Source of the DNA: Flavobacteriales bacterium
GTDB lineage: Bacteria > Bacteroidota > Bacteroidia > Flavobacteriales_F > PHOS-HE28
Assembly: GCA_047601855.1 (NCBI GenBank)
Contig: JASGIM010000001.1
Location: forward strand, 2,820-66,819
Direction: 5' to 3'
DNA: 64,000 nt
The position numbers and the translations under genes are program-made. Below the pieces are notes generated by a model, which saw only the letters and a program-made list of their open reading frames with translations, searched no databases and was not told where the DNA came from. Every line of letters begins with the position of its first letter. Positions within the stretch are counted from its first letter, which is position 1. Below, piece after piece: positions 1-14,541 of the stretch.

Positions 1-1935
<1,935 letters not shown>

Positions 1936-1947
1936 GGCTGCAGAGGT

Positions 1948-4900
1948 TTAGTTCTTGTTGTTCTCGTTGTCCGATTCCAGGCTCACGTTCAGCGTGAGGC
2001 CGCGAAGTTCGTGCAGCAACACGTTGAAGGATTCCGGGATGCCTGGCGTCGGCAGGGGCTCACCCTTCACGATCGCCTCGTAGGCCTTGGCACGGCCCAT
2101 CACGTCATCGCTCTTCACGGTGAGGATCTCCTGCAGGATGTTCGACGCGCCGAAGGCTTCGAGCGCCCACACTTCCATCTCACCGAAGCGCTGGCCACCG
2201 AACTGGGCCTTACCGCCGAGCGGCTGCTGGGTGATGAGGCTGTAGGGTCCGATGGAACGGGCGTGCATCTTGTCGTCCACCATGTGGGCGAGCTTCAGCA
2301 TGTAGATCACACCGACCGTTGCGGGCTGGTGGAACCGTTCGCCGGTGCCGCCGTCGTACAGGTAGGTCTTGCCGAAGCGCGGCACACCGGCCTCGTCCGT
2401 TTCCTTGTTGATCTCGTCGATCGTGGCCCCGTCGAAGATCGGCGTGGCGTACTTGCGGCCCAGCTTCATGCCGGCCCAGCCCAGTACGGTCTCGTAGATC
2501 TGGCCCAGGTTCATCCGTGAGGGCACGCCCAGCGGGTTCAGCACGATGTCCACCGGCGTACCGTCCTCGAGGTACGGCATGTCCGCGTCGCGCACGATCT
2601 TGGACACGATGCCCTTGTTCCCGTGGCGGCCGGCCATCTTGTCGCCCACCGTCAGCTTGCGCTTGGCGGCCAGGTACACCTTGGCCAGCTTCACGATGCC
2701 TGCGGGCAGCTCGTCGCCGATGCTCACCTGGAATTTCTTCCGCTTGTAGGCACCGCTGATGTCGCTGAAGCGGATCGTGTAGTTGTGGATGAGCTGGCGG
2801 ACCAGTTCGTTGGTCTTCTTGTCGCTGGTCCAGTCCGTCGGGTCCACGGTGATGTAATCCACCGCCTGGAGCACCTTGGCGGTGAACTTCACGCCCTTCT
2901 TGATCTGCTCTTCCTTGTATTTGTTGAAGACGCCTTCGCTGCTTTGGCCGCCCACGAGCGTCATCAGCTTCTCGATCAAGAGCATCTTCAGGTCGCCGAG
3001 CTCCTTGTCCTGCTCCTTGTCGATCTGCTCGAGCACGGCCTTCTCGTTGCCCTTCGTCTTCTTGTCCTTGATGGCCCGGCTGAAGAGCTTCTTGTCGATG
3101 ACCACGCCCTTGGTGCTGGGCGGAGCCTTCATCGAAGCGTCCTTCACGTCACCGGCCTTGTCGCCGAAGATGGCGCGGAGCAGCTTCTCTTCCGGGCTCG
3201 GATCGGTCTCCCCTTTCGGCGTGATCTTGCCGATGAGGATGTCGCCTTCCTTGATCTCGGCGCCGATGCGGATCAGGCCGTTCTCGTCGAGGTCCTTCGT
3301 GGCTTCTTCGCTCACGTTCGGGATGTCGGCGGTGAGCTCCTCCAAGCCACGCTTGGTGTCGCGCACTTCCATGATGTACTCGTCGATGTGGATCGACGTG
3401 AACATGTCCTCACGAGCAACGCGCTCGCCGATCACGATGGCATCCTCGAAGTTGAAGCCCTTCCACGGCATGAAGGCCACCAGCAGGTTGCGGCCGATGG
3501 CGAGCTCGCCATCCTCCGTGCTGTAGCCTTCCACCAGCACCTGGCCCTTGCTCACCTTCTCGCCCTTGCGGACGATGGGGCGCAGGTTCATGCAGGTGCT
3601 CTGGTTGGTCTTCATGAACTTGGTGAGCTTGTACTCCTTCTCGTCGCCCTCGAAGCTCACGGTGCGCTCGTCGGCCGAACGCTTGTAGTCGATCACGATC
3701 TTGTCGGCGTCCACGCTCTTCACGGTGCCATCGCCCTCGGCCACCAGCAGCACACGGCTGTCGCGGGCCACGAGCTCTTCCAGGCCGGTACCCACCACGG
3801 GCGCATCGGGGCGCAGCAGCGGCACGGCCTGACGCATCATGTTCGAGCCCATCAGGGCGCGGTTGGCGTCGTTGTGCTCGAGGAAGGGAATCAGGCTCGC
3901 GGCGATGGAGGCGATCTGGTTCGGCGCCACGTCCATCAGCTGCAGTTCCTTCGGTTCCACCACGGGGAAGTCGCCCATTTGGCGGGCTTTCACGCGCTTG
4001 GTCTCGAAGGTGCCATCGTCCTTCAGTTGGGCGATCGCCTGCGCGATCACCTTGTTGTCCTCTTCCTCGGCGCTCAGGTACACCACGTCACCCTTCACGT
4101 CCACCTTGCCGTCCTCCACCATGCGGTAGGGCGTTTCGATGAAGCCGAGGTTATTGATCTTGGAGTACACGCAGAGGCTGCTGATCAGACCGATGTTCGG
4201 GCCTTCCGGCGTCTCGATCGTGCAGAGGCGGCCGTAGTGCGTGTAGTGTACGTCGCGCACCTCGAAACCGGCGCGCTCGCGGCTCAGGCCACCGGGTCCA
4301 AGTGCCGAGAGGCGGCGCTTGTGGGTGATCTCGGCCAGCGGGTTGGTCTGGTCCATGAACTGGCTCAGCTGGTTCGTTCCGAAGAACGAGTTGATCACCG
4401 AGCTCAGGGTCTTGGCGTTGATCAGGTCGGTCGGGGTGAACACCTCGTTGTCGCGCACGTTCATGCGCTCGCGGATGGTGCGGGCCATGCGGGCCAAGCC
4501 CACGCCGAATTGGCTGTAGAGCTGCTCCCCTACCGTGCGCACACGGCGGTTGCTCAAGTGGTCGATGTCGTCCACATCGGCCTTGGAGTTCACCAGCTCG
4601 ATCAGGTACTTGATGATGCAGATGATGTCCTCCTTCGTCAACACGCGCACGCTCAGCTCGCTTTCGAGGCCGAGCTTCTTGTTGATCCGGTAGCGGCCCA
4701 CCTCGCCCAGGTCGTAGCGCTGTTCACTGAAGAACAGCTTGTCGATCACGCCGCGGGCGGTCTCCAGATCGGGTGGTTCGGCGTTGCGCAGCTGGCGGTA
4801 GATCACCTCCACGGCCTCCTTCTCGGAGTTCGAGGTGTCCTTCTGCAGTGTGTTGTAGATCAGCGCGTAGTCGGCGGCGTTGATGCCGGCCTTATGCAGG

Positions 4901-5792
4901 ATGATGGTCTTCGCGCCGCTGTCGGCGATCAGGTCCACGTGCTGCTCCTCGATCACGGTCTCGCGATCGATCAGCACCTCGTTCCGCTCGATGGACACCA
5001 CTTCGCCGGTGTCCTCGTCCACGAAGTCCTCCACCCAGCTCTTCAGCACGCGGGCGGCGAGCTTGCGGCCCACGACCTCCTTCAGGTTGGCCTTGGTCAC
5101 CTTGATCTCGTCGGCCAGGCCGAAGATCTCGAGGATCTGCTTGTCGCTTTCAAAGCCGATGGCACGCAGCAGCGTGGTCACCGGCAGCTTTTTCTTCCGG
5201 TCGATGTACGCGTACATCACGCCGTTGATGTCCGTGGCGAACTCGATCCACGATCCTTTGAAGGGGATCACACGGGCACTGTACAGCTTGGTGCCGTTGG
5301 CGTGGCGGCTCTGGCCGAAGAACACGCCGGGGCTGCGGTGCAGCTGGCTTACGATCACCCGTTCGGCGCCGTTCACCACGAACGAGCCTTTGGGCGTCAT
5401 GTAGGGATCTGCCCCAGATACACGTCCTGCACGATGGTCTCGAAGTCCTCGTGCTCGGGATCGGTGCAATACAGTTTCAGCTTGGCCTTGAGGGGCACGC
5501 TGTAGGTGAGGCCACGCTCGATGCACTCATCGATGCTGTAGCGCGGGGGGTCTACGAAATAGTCGAGGAACTCCAGCACGAACTGGTTGCGGGTGTCCGT
5601 GATGGGGAAGTTCTCCATGAACACCTTGTAGAGACCTTCATCGTTCCGGTTCTCCGGAAGGGTCTCGATCTGGAAGAACTCCTGGAAGCTCTTCAGTTGG
5701 ATGTCCAAGAAATCCGGATACTGGGCCGGAAGGGCAAGGGAACCGAAATCGATGCGCTTGTTCTTGCGCGAAAGGGTCTTCGCCTGGGCCAT
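1948..5792 (-). CDS. rpoB: DNA-directed RNA polymerase subunit beta (~1281 aa). Apparent 1-nt deletion near 5403.
   Basis: N-terminus [19 protein letters not shown]...VYLGQIP is in ORF 5397-5792. The body [29 protein letters not shown]...ESDNENNKN is in ORF 1948-5526 in a different frame. The junction is at GTAGGGATCTGCCCC (5401-5415). Confidence 0.92.
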
Positions 5793-5910
5793 AGGGTGCT
5801 GCTGCGGGGGAAGGTTAAGGAACGAACGACCTGAACGACGTCACGTGCACCGGATGAGGCCCTGGTGCGCGGGCTGGAAAGCCTGCCGATGAACGGCAGA
5901 AACCACCCGT

Positions 5911-5941
5911 GGGCCGCCCCGACTTCCGTCGGAGCGGCCCC
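5911..5941 (-). terminator. GC-rich hairpin in the rplL-rpoB intergenic region; candidate partial terminator/attenuator.
   Basis: GGGCCGCCCCGAC-ttcc-GTCGGAGCGGCCCC forms a ~12 bp stem with one bulge. On the minus-strand transcript it is followed by a UUUCU tract. Its position matches the classical rplL-rpoB attenuator. Confidence 0.4.
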
Positions 5942-5965
5942 GGTGGTCAATTCTTCGTGAGGTGC

Positions 5966-6346
5966 TTACTTGACCTCAACTTCAGCGCCGGCTTCCGTCA
6001 GTTGCTGCTTCAGGTTCTCTGCGTCCTCTTTGGACACGCCTTCCTTCAGCGGCTTCGGAGCGCCGTCCACCAGGTCTTTCGCCTCTTTCAGTCCGAGACC
6101 GGTGAGCTCTTTCACCAGTTTCACCACGGCAAGCTTGTTGGCACCGCCGTTCTTCAGGATCACGTCGAAGCTGGTCTTGGCTTCAGCGGCTTCGCCACCG
6201 CCACCGCCTGCGGCAGGGCCAGCGATCGCCACAGCAGCTGCTGCCGGCTCGATCTTGTATTCGTCTTTCAGGTAGGTCGCCAGTTCGTTCACCTCTTTAA
6301 CGGTGAGGCCTACGAGCTGATCGCCCAGGGCTTTGATGTCTGCCAT
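5966..6346 (-). CDS. rplL: 50S ribosomal protein L7/L12
   Basis: [34 protein letters not shown]...Ala/Gly hinge...[22 protein letters not shown]. Confidence 0.95.
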   Translation of the reverse strand: MADIKALGDQLVGLTVKEVNELATYLKDEYKIEPAAAAVAIAGPAAGGGGGEAAEAKTSFDVILKNGGANKLAVVKLVKELTGLGLKEAKDLVDGAPKPLKEGVSKEDAENLKQQLTEAGAEVEVK

Positions 6347-6433
6347 TGTTCGGGTTTGTTACTTGTTGTTCGGGGAAGCGGACGTGCGTAACGCGTTTGG
6401 TCTTGTTGTTGGGGCGCGAGCTCGTGCCCTTGC

Positions 6434-6967
6434 TTATGCGGCGCGCTCTTCGAGCGTTTTCAGGAGGCCGGCGATCTTTTGACCACCGCTGCCTTGCAGG
6501 CCGCTGATCAGGTTCTTCATCGGGCTTTGCAGCAGGCCGATGATCTCGCCGATCAGTTCCTCCTTGCCTTTCAGGTTCGCCAGCACGGCCACCTGGTCGT
6601 CGCCGATGAACACGGCCTCATCGATCCAGGCGCTCTTCAGCGCGGGCCGGGTATCCTTCTTCTTGCGGAAGTTCTGGATGAGCTTGGCCGGGGCGTTGCC
6701 CTTCTCGGCGAAGAGCAGCGCGGTCTGGCCTTTCAGCGTGGGGAACAAGGCGCTGTAGTCCTTGCCCTCGATGCGCTCCATGGCCTTCTGGAGCAGGGTG
6801 TTCTTCACCACCTTCATGCGCACGCCACCGTTGGCGCAGGCGCGGCGGAGGTTGGCGGTGGCCTCGGCGTTCATCGAGCTGGCATCGGTGAGATACAGCA
6901 CGTTGGTGCCCTTGATCTCGCCGATCAGTTCGGCGATGGCTTGGTCTTTCTGTTCGCGGGTTGCCAT
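6434..6967 (-). CDS. rplJ: 50S ribosomal protein L10
   Basis: 177 aa. MATREQKDQAIAELIGEIKGTNVLYLTD... Typical L10; conserved order rplJ-rplL. Confidence 0.95.
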   Translation of the reverse strand: MATREQKDQAIAELIGEIKGTNVLYLTDASSMNAEATANLRRACANGGVRMKVVKNTLLQKAMERIEGKDYSALFPTLKGQTALLFAEKGNAPAKLIQNFRKKKDTRPALKSAWIDEAVFIGDDQVAVLANLKGKEELIGEIIGLLQSPMKNLISGLQGSGGQKIAGLLKTLEERAA

Positions 6968-6985
6968 TGTCGTGTGTATCTCGGG

Positions 6986-7681
6986 TTATGCGCTCACCAC
7001 GCGGGTATCCACTTTCACGGCGGGGCTCATGGTGCTGCTCACCGTGATGCTCTTGATGTAGGCGCCCCGGGCGGTGCTGGGCTTCAGCTTCACCAGGGTC
7101 TGCAGCAGTTCGTTGGCGTTCTCGCTCAGCTTCGCAGCATCGAACGAGGCCTTGCCGATCACCGCGTGGATGATGCCGGCCTTGTCCACCTTGAAGTCGA
7201 TCTTACCGGCCTTCACCTCTTTCGTGGCCTTCGCCACGTCCATCGTCACCGTGCCGGTCTTGGGGTTCGGCATCAGGCCGCGGGGACCGAGCACACGGCC
7301 CAGCGCACCCACCTTGGCCATCACGGCCGGCGTGCAGATGATCACATCCACGTCCGTCCAGCCGCCTTTGATCTTCTCCACGTACTCATCGAGACCGGCC
7401 ATGTCGGCACCGGCGGCCATGGCCTCCTCGCACTTGGCGGGGTCGGCCAGCACCAGCACCTTCACGGTGCGGCCCGTGCCGTGGGGCAGGCTCACGGTGC
7501 CACGCACCATTTCCGTGCTCTTCTTGGGGTCCACGCCCAGGCGCACGGCGATGTCCACCGTGGCGTCGAACTTGGTCGTGCTCACTTGCTTCACGATCTG
7601 TGCGGCCTCTTTCAGGTCGTACAGCTTGGTACCATCGAACTTAGCGACGGCGGCCTTGCGCTTCTTGGTCAGGGTTGCCAT
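6986..7681 (-). CDS. rplA: 50S ribosomal protein L1
   Basis: 231 aa. [32 protein letters not shown]... Confidence 0.95.
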   Translation of the reverse strand: MATLTKKRKAAVAKFDGTKLYDLKEAAQIVKQVSTTKFDATVDIAVRLGVDPKKSTEMVRGTVSLPHGTGRTVKVLVLADPAKCEEAMAAGADMAGLDEYVEKIKGGWTDVDVIICTPAVMAKVGALGRVLGPRGLMPNPKTGTVTMDVAKATKEVKAGKIDFKVDKAGIIHAVIGKASFDAAKLSENANELLQTLVKLKPSTARGAYIKSITVSSTMSPAVKVDTRVVSA

Positions 7682-7693
7682 GGTCGTTCGTGG

Positions 7694-8137
7694 TTATTTC
7701 GTGAGGGGGCTGTCACCGGTCACCGTGATGCCCATGCTGCGGGCCGTACCGGCCACCATGCTCATGGCGCTCTCGATGGTGAAGCAGTTCAGGTCGGGCA
7801 TCTTGTCCTGGGCGATGGCTTTCACCTGGTCCCAGGTCACGCTGCCCACTTTCTTCGTCTGCGGCACACCGCTGCCGCCCTTCACCTTGGCCGCGTCCAT
7901 CAGCTGCACGGCAGCGGGCGGGGTCTTGATGATGAAGTCGAAGCTCTTGTCGGCGTATACCGTGATCACCACGGGCAGCACCTTGCCGGCCTTGTCCTGC
8001 GTGCGCGCATTGAACTGCTTGCAGAACTCCATGATGTTCACGCCCTTGGCACCCAGCGCGGGGCCGATGGGGGGTGCGGGGTTCGCCGCCCCGCCTTTCA
8101 CCTGGAGCTTTACCAGGCCTGTGATCTCCTTTGCCAT
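7694..8137 (-). CDS. rplK: 50S ribosomal protein L11
   Basis: 147 aa. [44 protein letters not shown]. Confidence 0.95.
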   Translation of the reverse strand: MAKEITGLVKLQVKGGAANPAPPIGPALGAKGVNIMEFCKQFNARTQDKAGKVLPVVITVYADKSFDFIIKTPPAAVQLMDAAKVKGGSGVPQTKKVGSVTWDQVKAIAQDKMPDLNCFTIESAMSMVAGTARSMGITVTGDSPLTK

Positions 8138-8250
8138 TCTTCCTGTTTTGTGTCCTTGTTAGCGTCCGCCTACGGCGGACTCGGACGGTTTTTCTTTTTC
8201 CTGTTCGGGCACCTGCATCCGCCGACCCGATGGGCCGGCGCTACAGCTGC

Positions 8251-8799
8251 TTACACTTCTTTTTCGACCTGCATGAAGCTCAGTTCCACCGGGGTCTTCC
8301 GGCCGAAGATCTTCACGGTCACTTTCAGCTTCTTCTTCTCTTCGTTGATCTCCTCGATCACGCCGGTGAAGGTGTTGAAGGGACCATCGATCACCTTCAC
8401 GCTTTCACCCACGTGGTAGGGGTTGTGGATCGTTTCTTCGCTCTCGGCCAGCGTGTCCACCGTGCCGAGGATGCGGTTCACCTCGCTCTGGCGCAAGGGC
8501 ACCGGATCGCCGCCCTTCTCGCTGCCGAGGAAGCCGATCACGTTGGGCAGCTGCTTCAGCGTGTGGGCGATCTCGCCGGTAAGGTCGGCCTCCATCAGCA
8601 CATAGCCCGGGAAAAAGTTCCGCTCCTTGCTCACCTTCTTGCCGTCGCGGATCTGGTAGAACTTCTCCATCGGGATGAGGACCTGATGGATGTACGTGCC
8701 CATGCTGGAACGGCGCACTTCGGCGTCGATCAGCTCCTTCACCTTCTTCTCCTTGCCGGAGATGGCGCGGATCACGTACCACTTCTTGCCGTCAGCCAT
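8251..8799 (-). CDS. nusG: Transcription termination/antitermination factor NusG
   Basis: 182 aa. [20 protein letters not shown]... C-terminal KOW motif [20 protein letters not shown]. Confidence 0.95.
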   Translation of the reverse strand: MADGKKWYVIRAISGKEKKVKELIDAEVRRSSMGTYIHQVLIPMEKFYQIRDGKKVSKERNFFPGYVLMEADLTGEIAHTLKQLPNVIGFLGSEKGGDPVPLRQSEVNRILGTVDTLAESEETIHNPYHVGESVKVIDGPFNTFTGVIEEINEEKKKLKVTVKIFGRKTPVELSFMQVEKEV

Positions 8800-9029
8800 T
8801 ACTGCCCGAGGAATTTGTAGATGAACCCGAGGATGCCTTTCCAGAAGCTCGAGTTGCCCATGTTGTGCACCCCGAACACAAAGTCCATGAGGAACACGAT
8901 AAGGGAGATCAGGAGGGCTGCCACGAGCACGATGATGGAACTGCTCTGGATCTCTTTCCAGGTAGGCCAGCTCACCTTGTTCACGAGCTCGTTGTAGCTC
9001 TCGGCGAAGTATGTCTTCAGGCTTGCCAC
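8799..9029 (-). CDS. secE: Preprotein translocase subunit SecE; start uncertain (the ORF extends to a GTG at 9050 that overlaps tRNA-Trp).
   Basis: ...[38 protein letters not shown] is a single-TM SecE signature. Sits between tRNA-Trp and nusG as in other bacteria. Confidence 0.75.
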   Translation of the reverse strand: MASLKTYFAESYNELVNKVSWPTWKEIQSSSIIVLVAALLISLIVFLMDFVFGVHNMGNSSFWKGILGFIYKFLGQ

Positions 9030-9044
9030 GTCATCGATCGCTTT

Positions 9045-9120
9045 TGGCACGGGTGGCAGGAATCGAACCCGCAGCCTACGGTTTTGGAGACCGTCGCTCT
9101 ACCAATTGAGCTACACCCGT
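9045..9120 (-). tRNA. trnW: tRNA-Trp (anticodon CCA), 3' CCA encoded
   Basis: Minus-strand sequence ACGGGTG-TA-GCTC-AATTGGT-AGAGC-G-ACGGT-CTCCAAA-ACCGT-AGGCT-GCGGG-TTCGATT-CCTGC-CACCCGT-G-CCA folds as a cloverleaf. Canonical tuf/secE-adjacent position. Confidence 0.85.
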
Positions 9121-9205
9121 ATCGTTCCTGTTCTGGTCTTCTTTTCGGCGGCGAAGGCCGTCCCGACACGTCGGGACGGCCCTGCCTCCGTTGGTCTTAT
9201 GGATC

Positions 9206-10393
<1,188 letters not shown>

Positions 10394-10495
10394 GGTCGAT
10401 GGGTCTTGTTGGTTCTGTTCTGTTCGTCGTTCGTTGTGTTCTCTTGTGCTGTACCTGCCACGTGAAGCGCTCGCGGAGCTTCTCCTTCTTCCTTC

Positions 10496-10570
<75 letters not shown>

Positions 10571-10592
10571 CGATGTTCGTTCTTGCGCGGAG

Positions 10593-10664
10593 AGCGGGAG
10601 ACGAGATTCGAACCCGCGACGTTCAGCTTGGAAGGCTGATGCTCTACCACTGAGCTACTCCCGC
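10593..10664 (-). tRNA. trnG: tRNA-Gly (anticodon TCC)
   Basis: GCGGGAG-TA-GCTC-AGTGGTA-GAGC-A-TCAGC-CTTCCAA-GCTGA-ACGTC-GCGGG-TTCGAAT-CTCGT-CTCCCGC-T. The T-stem has two G-U pairs. Confidence 0.8.
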
Positions 10665-10716
10665 CTGCTATGCCGGCCCGGTGCTTTCCAGCATCGGGAT
10701 ATGGCTCCGTGTTGAG

Positions 10717-10802
10717 TGGTGGGGAGAGCAGGATTCGAACCTACGAAGCTGTGAAGCAGCAGATTTACAGTCTGCCCCCGTTGGCCACTTGGGTATCTCC
10801 CC
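10717..10802 (-). tRNA. trnY: tRNA-Tyr (anticodon GTA), long variable arm, CCA encoded
   Basis: GGGGAGATACCCAAGTGGCCAACGGGGGCAGACTGTAAATCTGC...GGTTCGAATCCTGCTCTCCCCACCA; 86 nt class II tRNA. Confidence 0.85.
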
Positions 10803-10817
10803 CGGTTCCGATCACGG

Positions 10818-10890
10818 AGCCAATGAAGGGACTCGAACCCCCGACCGGCTGATTACAAATCAGCTGCTCTACCAGCTGAGCTACATTGGC
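10818..10890 (-). tRNA. trnT: tRNA-Thr (anticodon TGT)
   Basis: GCCAATG-TA-GCTC-AGCTGGT-AGAGC-A-GCTGA-TTTGTAA-TCAGC-CGGTC-GGGGG-TTCGAGT-CCCTT-CATTGGC-T. Confidence 0.85.
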
Positions 10891-11051
10891 GTGTACAGCA
10901 CGAAAAGAACGGCCTTTCCACCCTTCCCCGGAGGGACCCTCCGGAATTGGGCCTGCAAATGTAAGAACAAACGTGACCTGACCAAATGCCAGCGGCCACG
11001 AATTTCTCCGTGGCCGCCCTGCACACCCCGAGGGTGCTTAGGTACTGTGGA

Positions 11052-11357
11052 TCAGCTGGCTTGGCGCAGCTTCGTTTTGCCGCGCTCCACCTGGCTGCGC
11101 AGGGCTTCCACCGCGCTGATGGCCGCTTCCTCGAAGGTCTTGCCCTGCCGCTTGGCGAACAGGTCGTTGCCCGGTACGGCGAGCCTGATCTCCACCACCT
11201 TGTTCTCACGGTGCTCCCCATCGTGCTCCAAGCGGAGGAACACCTCCCCGGAAAGGATGTTGTCGTGGAACTGGGTCAGCTTGTTCAGCTTCTCCTTGAT
11301 GAAATCCACCAGTTTGACATCGGCGTCGAAGTGGATGGAATGCACGTTCACGTTCAT
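11052..11357 (-). CDS. hpf: Ribosome hibernation promoting factor (HPF/RaiA family)
   Basis: 101 aa. MNVNVHSIHFDADVKLVDFIKEKLNKLTQFHDNILSGEVFLRLEHDGE... Confidence 0.85.
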   Translation of the reverse strand: MNVNVHSIHFDADVKLVDFIKEKLNKLTQFHDNILSGEVFLRLEHDGEHRENKVVEIRLAVPGNDLFAKRQGKTFEEAAISAVEALRSQVERGKTKLRQAS

Positions 11358-11393
11358 GGTACTGCTGTTTCGTTTTGAGGTTCGACCCTGGTC

Positions 11394-12288
<895 letters not shown>

Positions 12289-12397
12289 CGATGCAAAAAA
12301 GGCGAAAAGACCCGAGGGCCTTTTCGCCTGTAACGCTCGTTGGGAAAGCTTGGTACGTGGCGCCGCCCTTTTCGGTCAACGCGCGTACCGGACGGCC

Positions 12398-12589
12398 TTA
12401 CTGCTCGCCGCCGTAGGTCTCCAGCTTGTACACGGCGCGGAGGATCTCCGTGCGGCGTTTCACCGAAGGCTTGGTGAAGCTCTGGCGCTTACGCAGCGCG
12501 CGGAGCGTGCCGGTGCGCTCGAACTTCTTCTTGAACTTCTTCAGCGCCTTGTCGATGGGCTCGCCTTCTTTGACGGGGATGATCAGCAT
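12398..12589 (-). CDS. rpsU: 30S ribosomal protein S21
   Basis: 63 aa. MLIIPVKEGEPIDKALKKFKKKFERTGTLRALRKRQSFTKPSVKRR. Confidence 0.9.
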   Translation of the reverse strand: MLIIPVKEGEPIDKALKKFKKKFERTGTLRALRKRQSFTKPSVKRRTEILRAVYKLETYGGEQ

Positions 12590-12686
12590 GTGCGTTTTTC
12601 GCTAAGCGGGCGGCAAATATAACCACTCCTTCGATCCGTGCAACCCACGTTCGGCCCGCCATTGATCAAGGCCGGTCTTAGGGTCT

Positions 12687-14541
12687 TCATCGCACCAGGG
12701 TCACATATCCAGGCACACGATCCGCAGAAGGGTTATCAGGGGTCACCACGTAGTAGTACGTCCCGTCCGGCACGCCCGAGCCGCTCCAGCCTTGGGCCAA
12801 TGCGCGCGTGCTGAAGATCGAGCTGCCCCCAGCGGTTGTAGATCTCCAACAGGCCCGGACTGCCGTCGTAGTTCAGCGGGATGAAGTGCTCGTTCTTCCC
12901 ATCCCCGTTCGGGCTGAACACGTTGGGCATCTCGATCACGCCCGGGCGCACCATCCGCACCACCGAGCGTACCGTATCCACGCAGCCGCCCGCACTGGTC
13001 ACCACCAGCATCACCGGATAGCTCCCCGGAACGGCCGGGAACGTCGCCGTGACGGACGGGTCCGATGCGTTCGGTGGGGCCGCCGCCCCCAGGTCCCACC
13101 ACCAGCTCACGATGTTCCCGGACCCCGTGCCACTGAGCTGCACTTCCGGATGCTCCACGTTCCCCGGATCGGGGTCGATGCCGATCCCACCGCTCACCGG
13201 AGGATAGACCTGCACGTGCAACACCGTGTCACCCGAGCAACCTGCGCTGTTCCGCACCTGTAGCCGCACCTCGTAGTTCCCCGGCGTATCGTACCGGTAG
13301 CTGAACGCGCTGTCCGCTCGGGTTGCGCCACTACCCAGGTCCCACTGCCGGGCGGCCATCCCATGGGTGGTATCTGCCAAGGCGACCGTCAATGGCGCGC
13401 ACCCGATGAAAGGTTCCGCCACCGGCGTAGGCAGCGGCGGTACCGCTGGTGGTACATACGAGGCGCCCATCAGGCACTCCCCATTGAAGGTGCTCGCCAG
13501 GGTATACTGCCCCGCTCCATAGCCGCCTCCGGAAACGTTCAACGTGGTGCCGGTCTGGCCCGGCAGCGCCACACCGTCCCTGTACCATTGGTAATTGCTG
13601 GCACCGGAGGGCGGTGTACCTATGGCCGCGGCGGTTCCGGCGCACAGTGTGCCGGAACTACTCACGGGTTGCAGTATCTGGTCCCCTGCGACGGTGAGCA
13701 TCAGGTCATCCACCAGGAAAAACGGCGCTCCGCTATAGGTCTCGCCCGTGGAAGGGTTGGTGATCAAGGCGTGGGCGAAGGAGGCCGGCACGTCGCAAGC
13801 CCCACCGATCATGATGGTATGGATGTCCTGCGTGGGCGTGAAGGTGATGGAGACACGGGTCCACGCCCATGCAGGCTGCACGGACACACGGCCCAGTTCG
13901 ATCCAACCGGACTGGTAGCCGATGCAGTCCATCGTGGGCACCGGGAAAGGCACGCAGACGTCCGCGTGGCCGAAGAGGGCCAGGGGGAATTGGTCCGTGA
14001 ATGGCGCCACGTACGATTCCTGGGCCCGGGACTGCCCATGGTTGTTGACCGTAACACCCGCGGAGATCCACAAGGAAATGGTGTACGTAGTGCCCGCCAG
14101 CAGGCGCCTATCCGGCGCCGGATAGGTGAGGCAGGTGCCCACATACTCGAAGTAACCCGGCCCGGCAAAGAACCCCACGGCACCATCTCCATCCGGCGGT
14201 GGGAGGTTGAATCCGATGGGCGCATAACCGCACATGTTGAAGTAATCGGATGTGGCGGCCGTGGCCTGGTGCCAGCCTGCTGCACAATCCAGCCAGGGCC
14301 ATGAGACCGGGGTAACGAACCCGAAAGGACAGCACGTTCCGTTCAACCGGTCCTCGAAGGAGTGGTTGCGGATATAGCTCTGCAGGTCGGGAGCCATCAG
14401 CACCGTGGAGCAGGGACAGTCCGGATCGTTCAGGTCAATCAGGCCGTCGCCGTCGTCATCTATACCATTGTTGCAGATCTCCTGAGCGAGAACAGTGCTT
14501 CCCCACAGGAGCAGGAGCAGAACATGCGTCGATCGTATCAT
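12687..14541 (-). CDS. T9SS cargo protein: signal peptide, Cys-rich DDDGDG motif, PKD domain, type-B C-terminal sorting domain (gliding-motility-associated/CHU_C). Apparent 1-nt insertion near 12820.
   Basis: Starts MIRSTHVLLLLLWGSTVLAQEICNNGIDDDGDGLIDLNDPDCPC. Contains a PKD-like segment. The C-terminus ...MPNVFSPNGDGKNEHF...EIYNRWGQL is in frame A, then SIFSTRALAQGWSGSGVPDGTYYYVVTP...GYVTLVR* is in frame B. The junction is at GAAGATCGAGCTG (12813-12825). Confidence 0.75.
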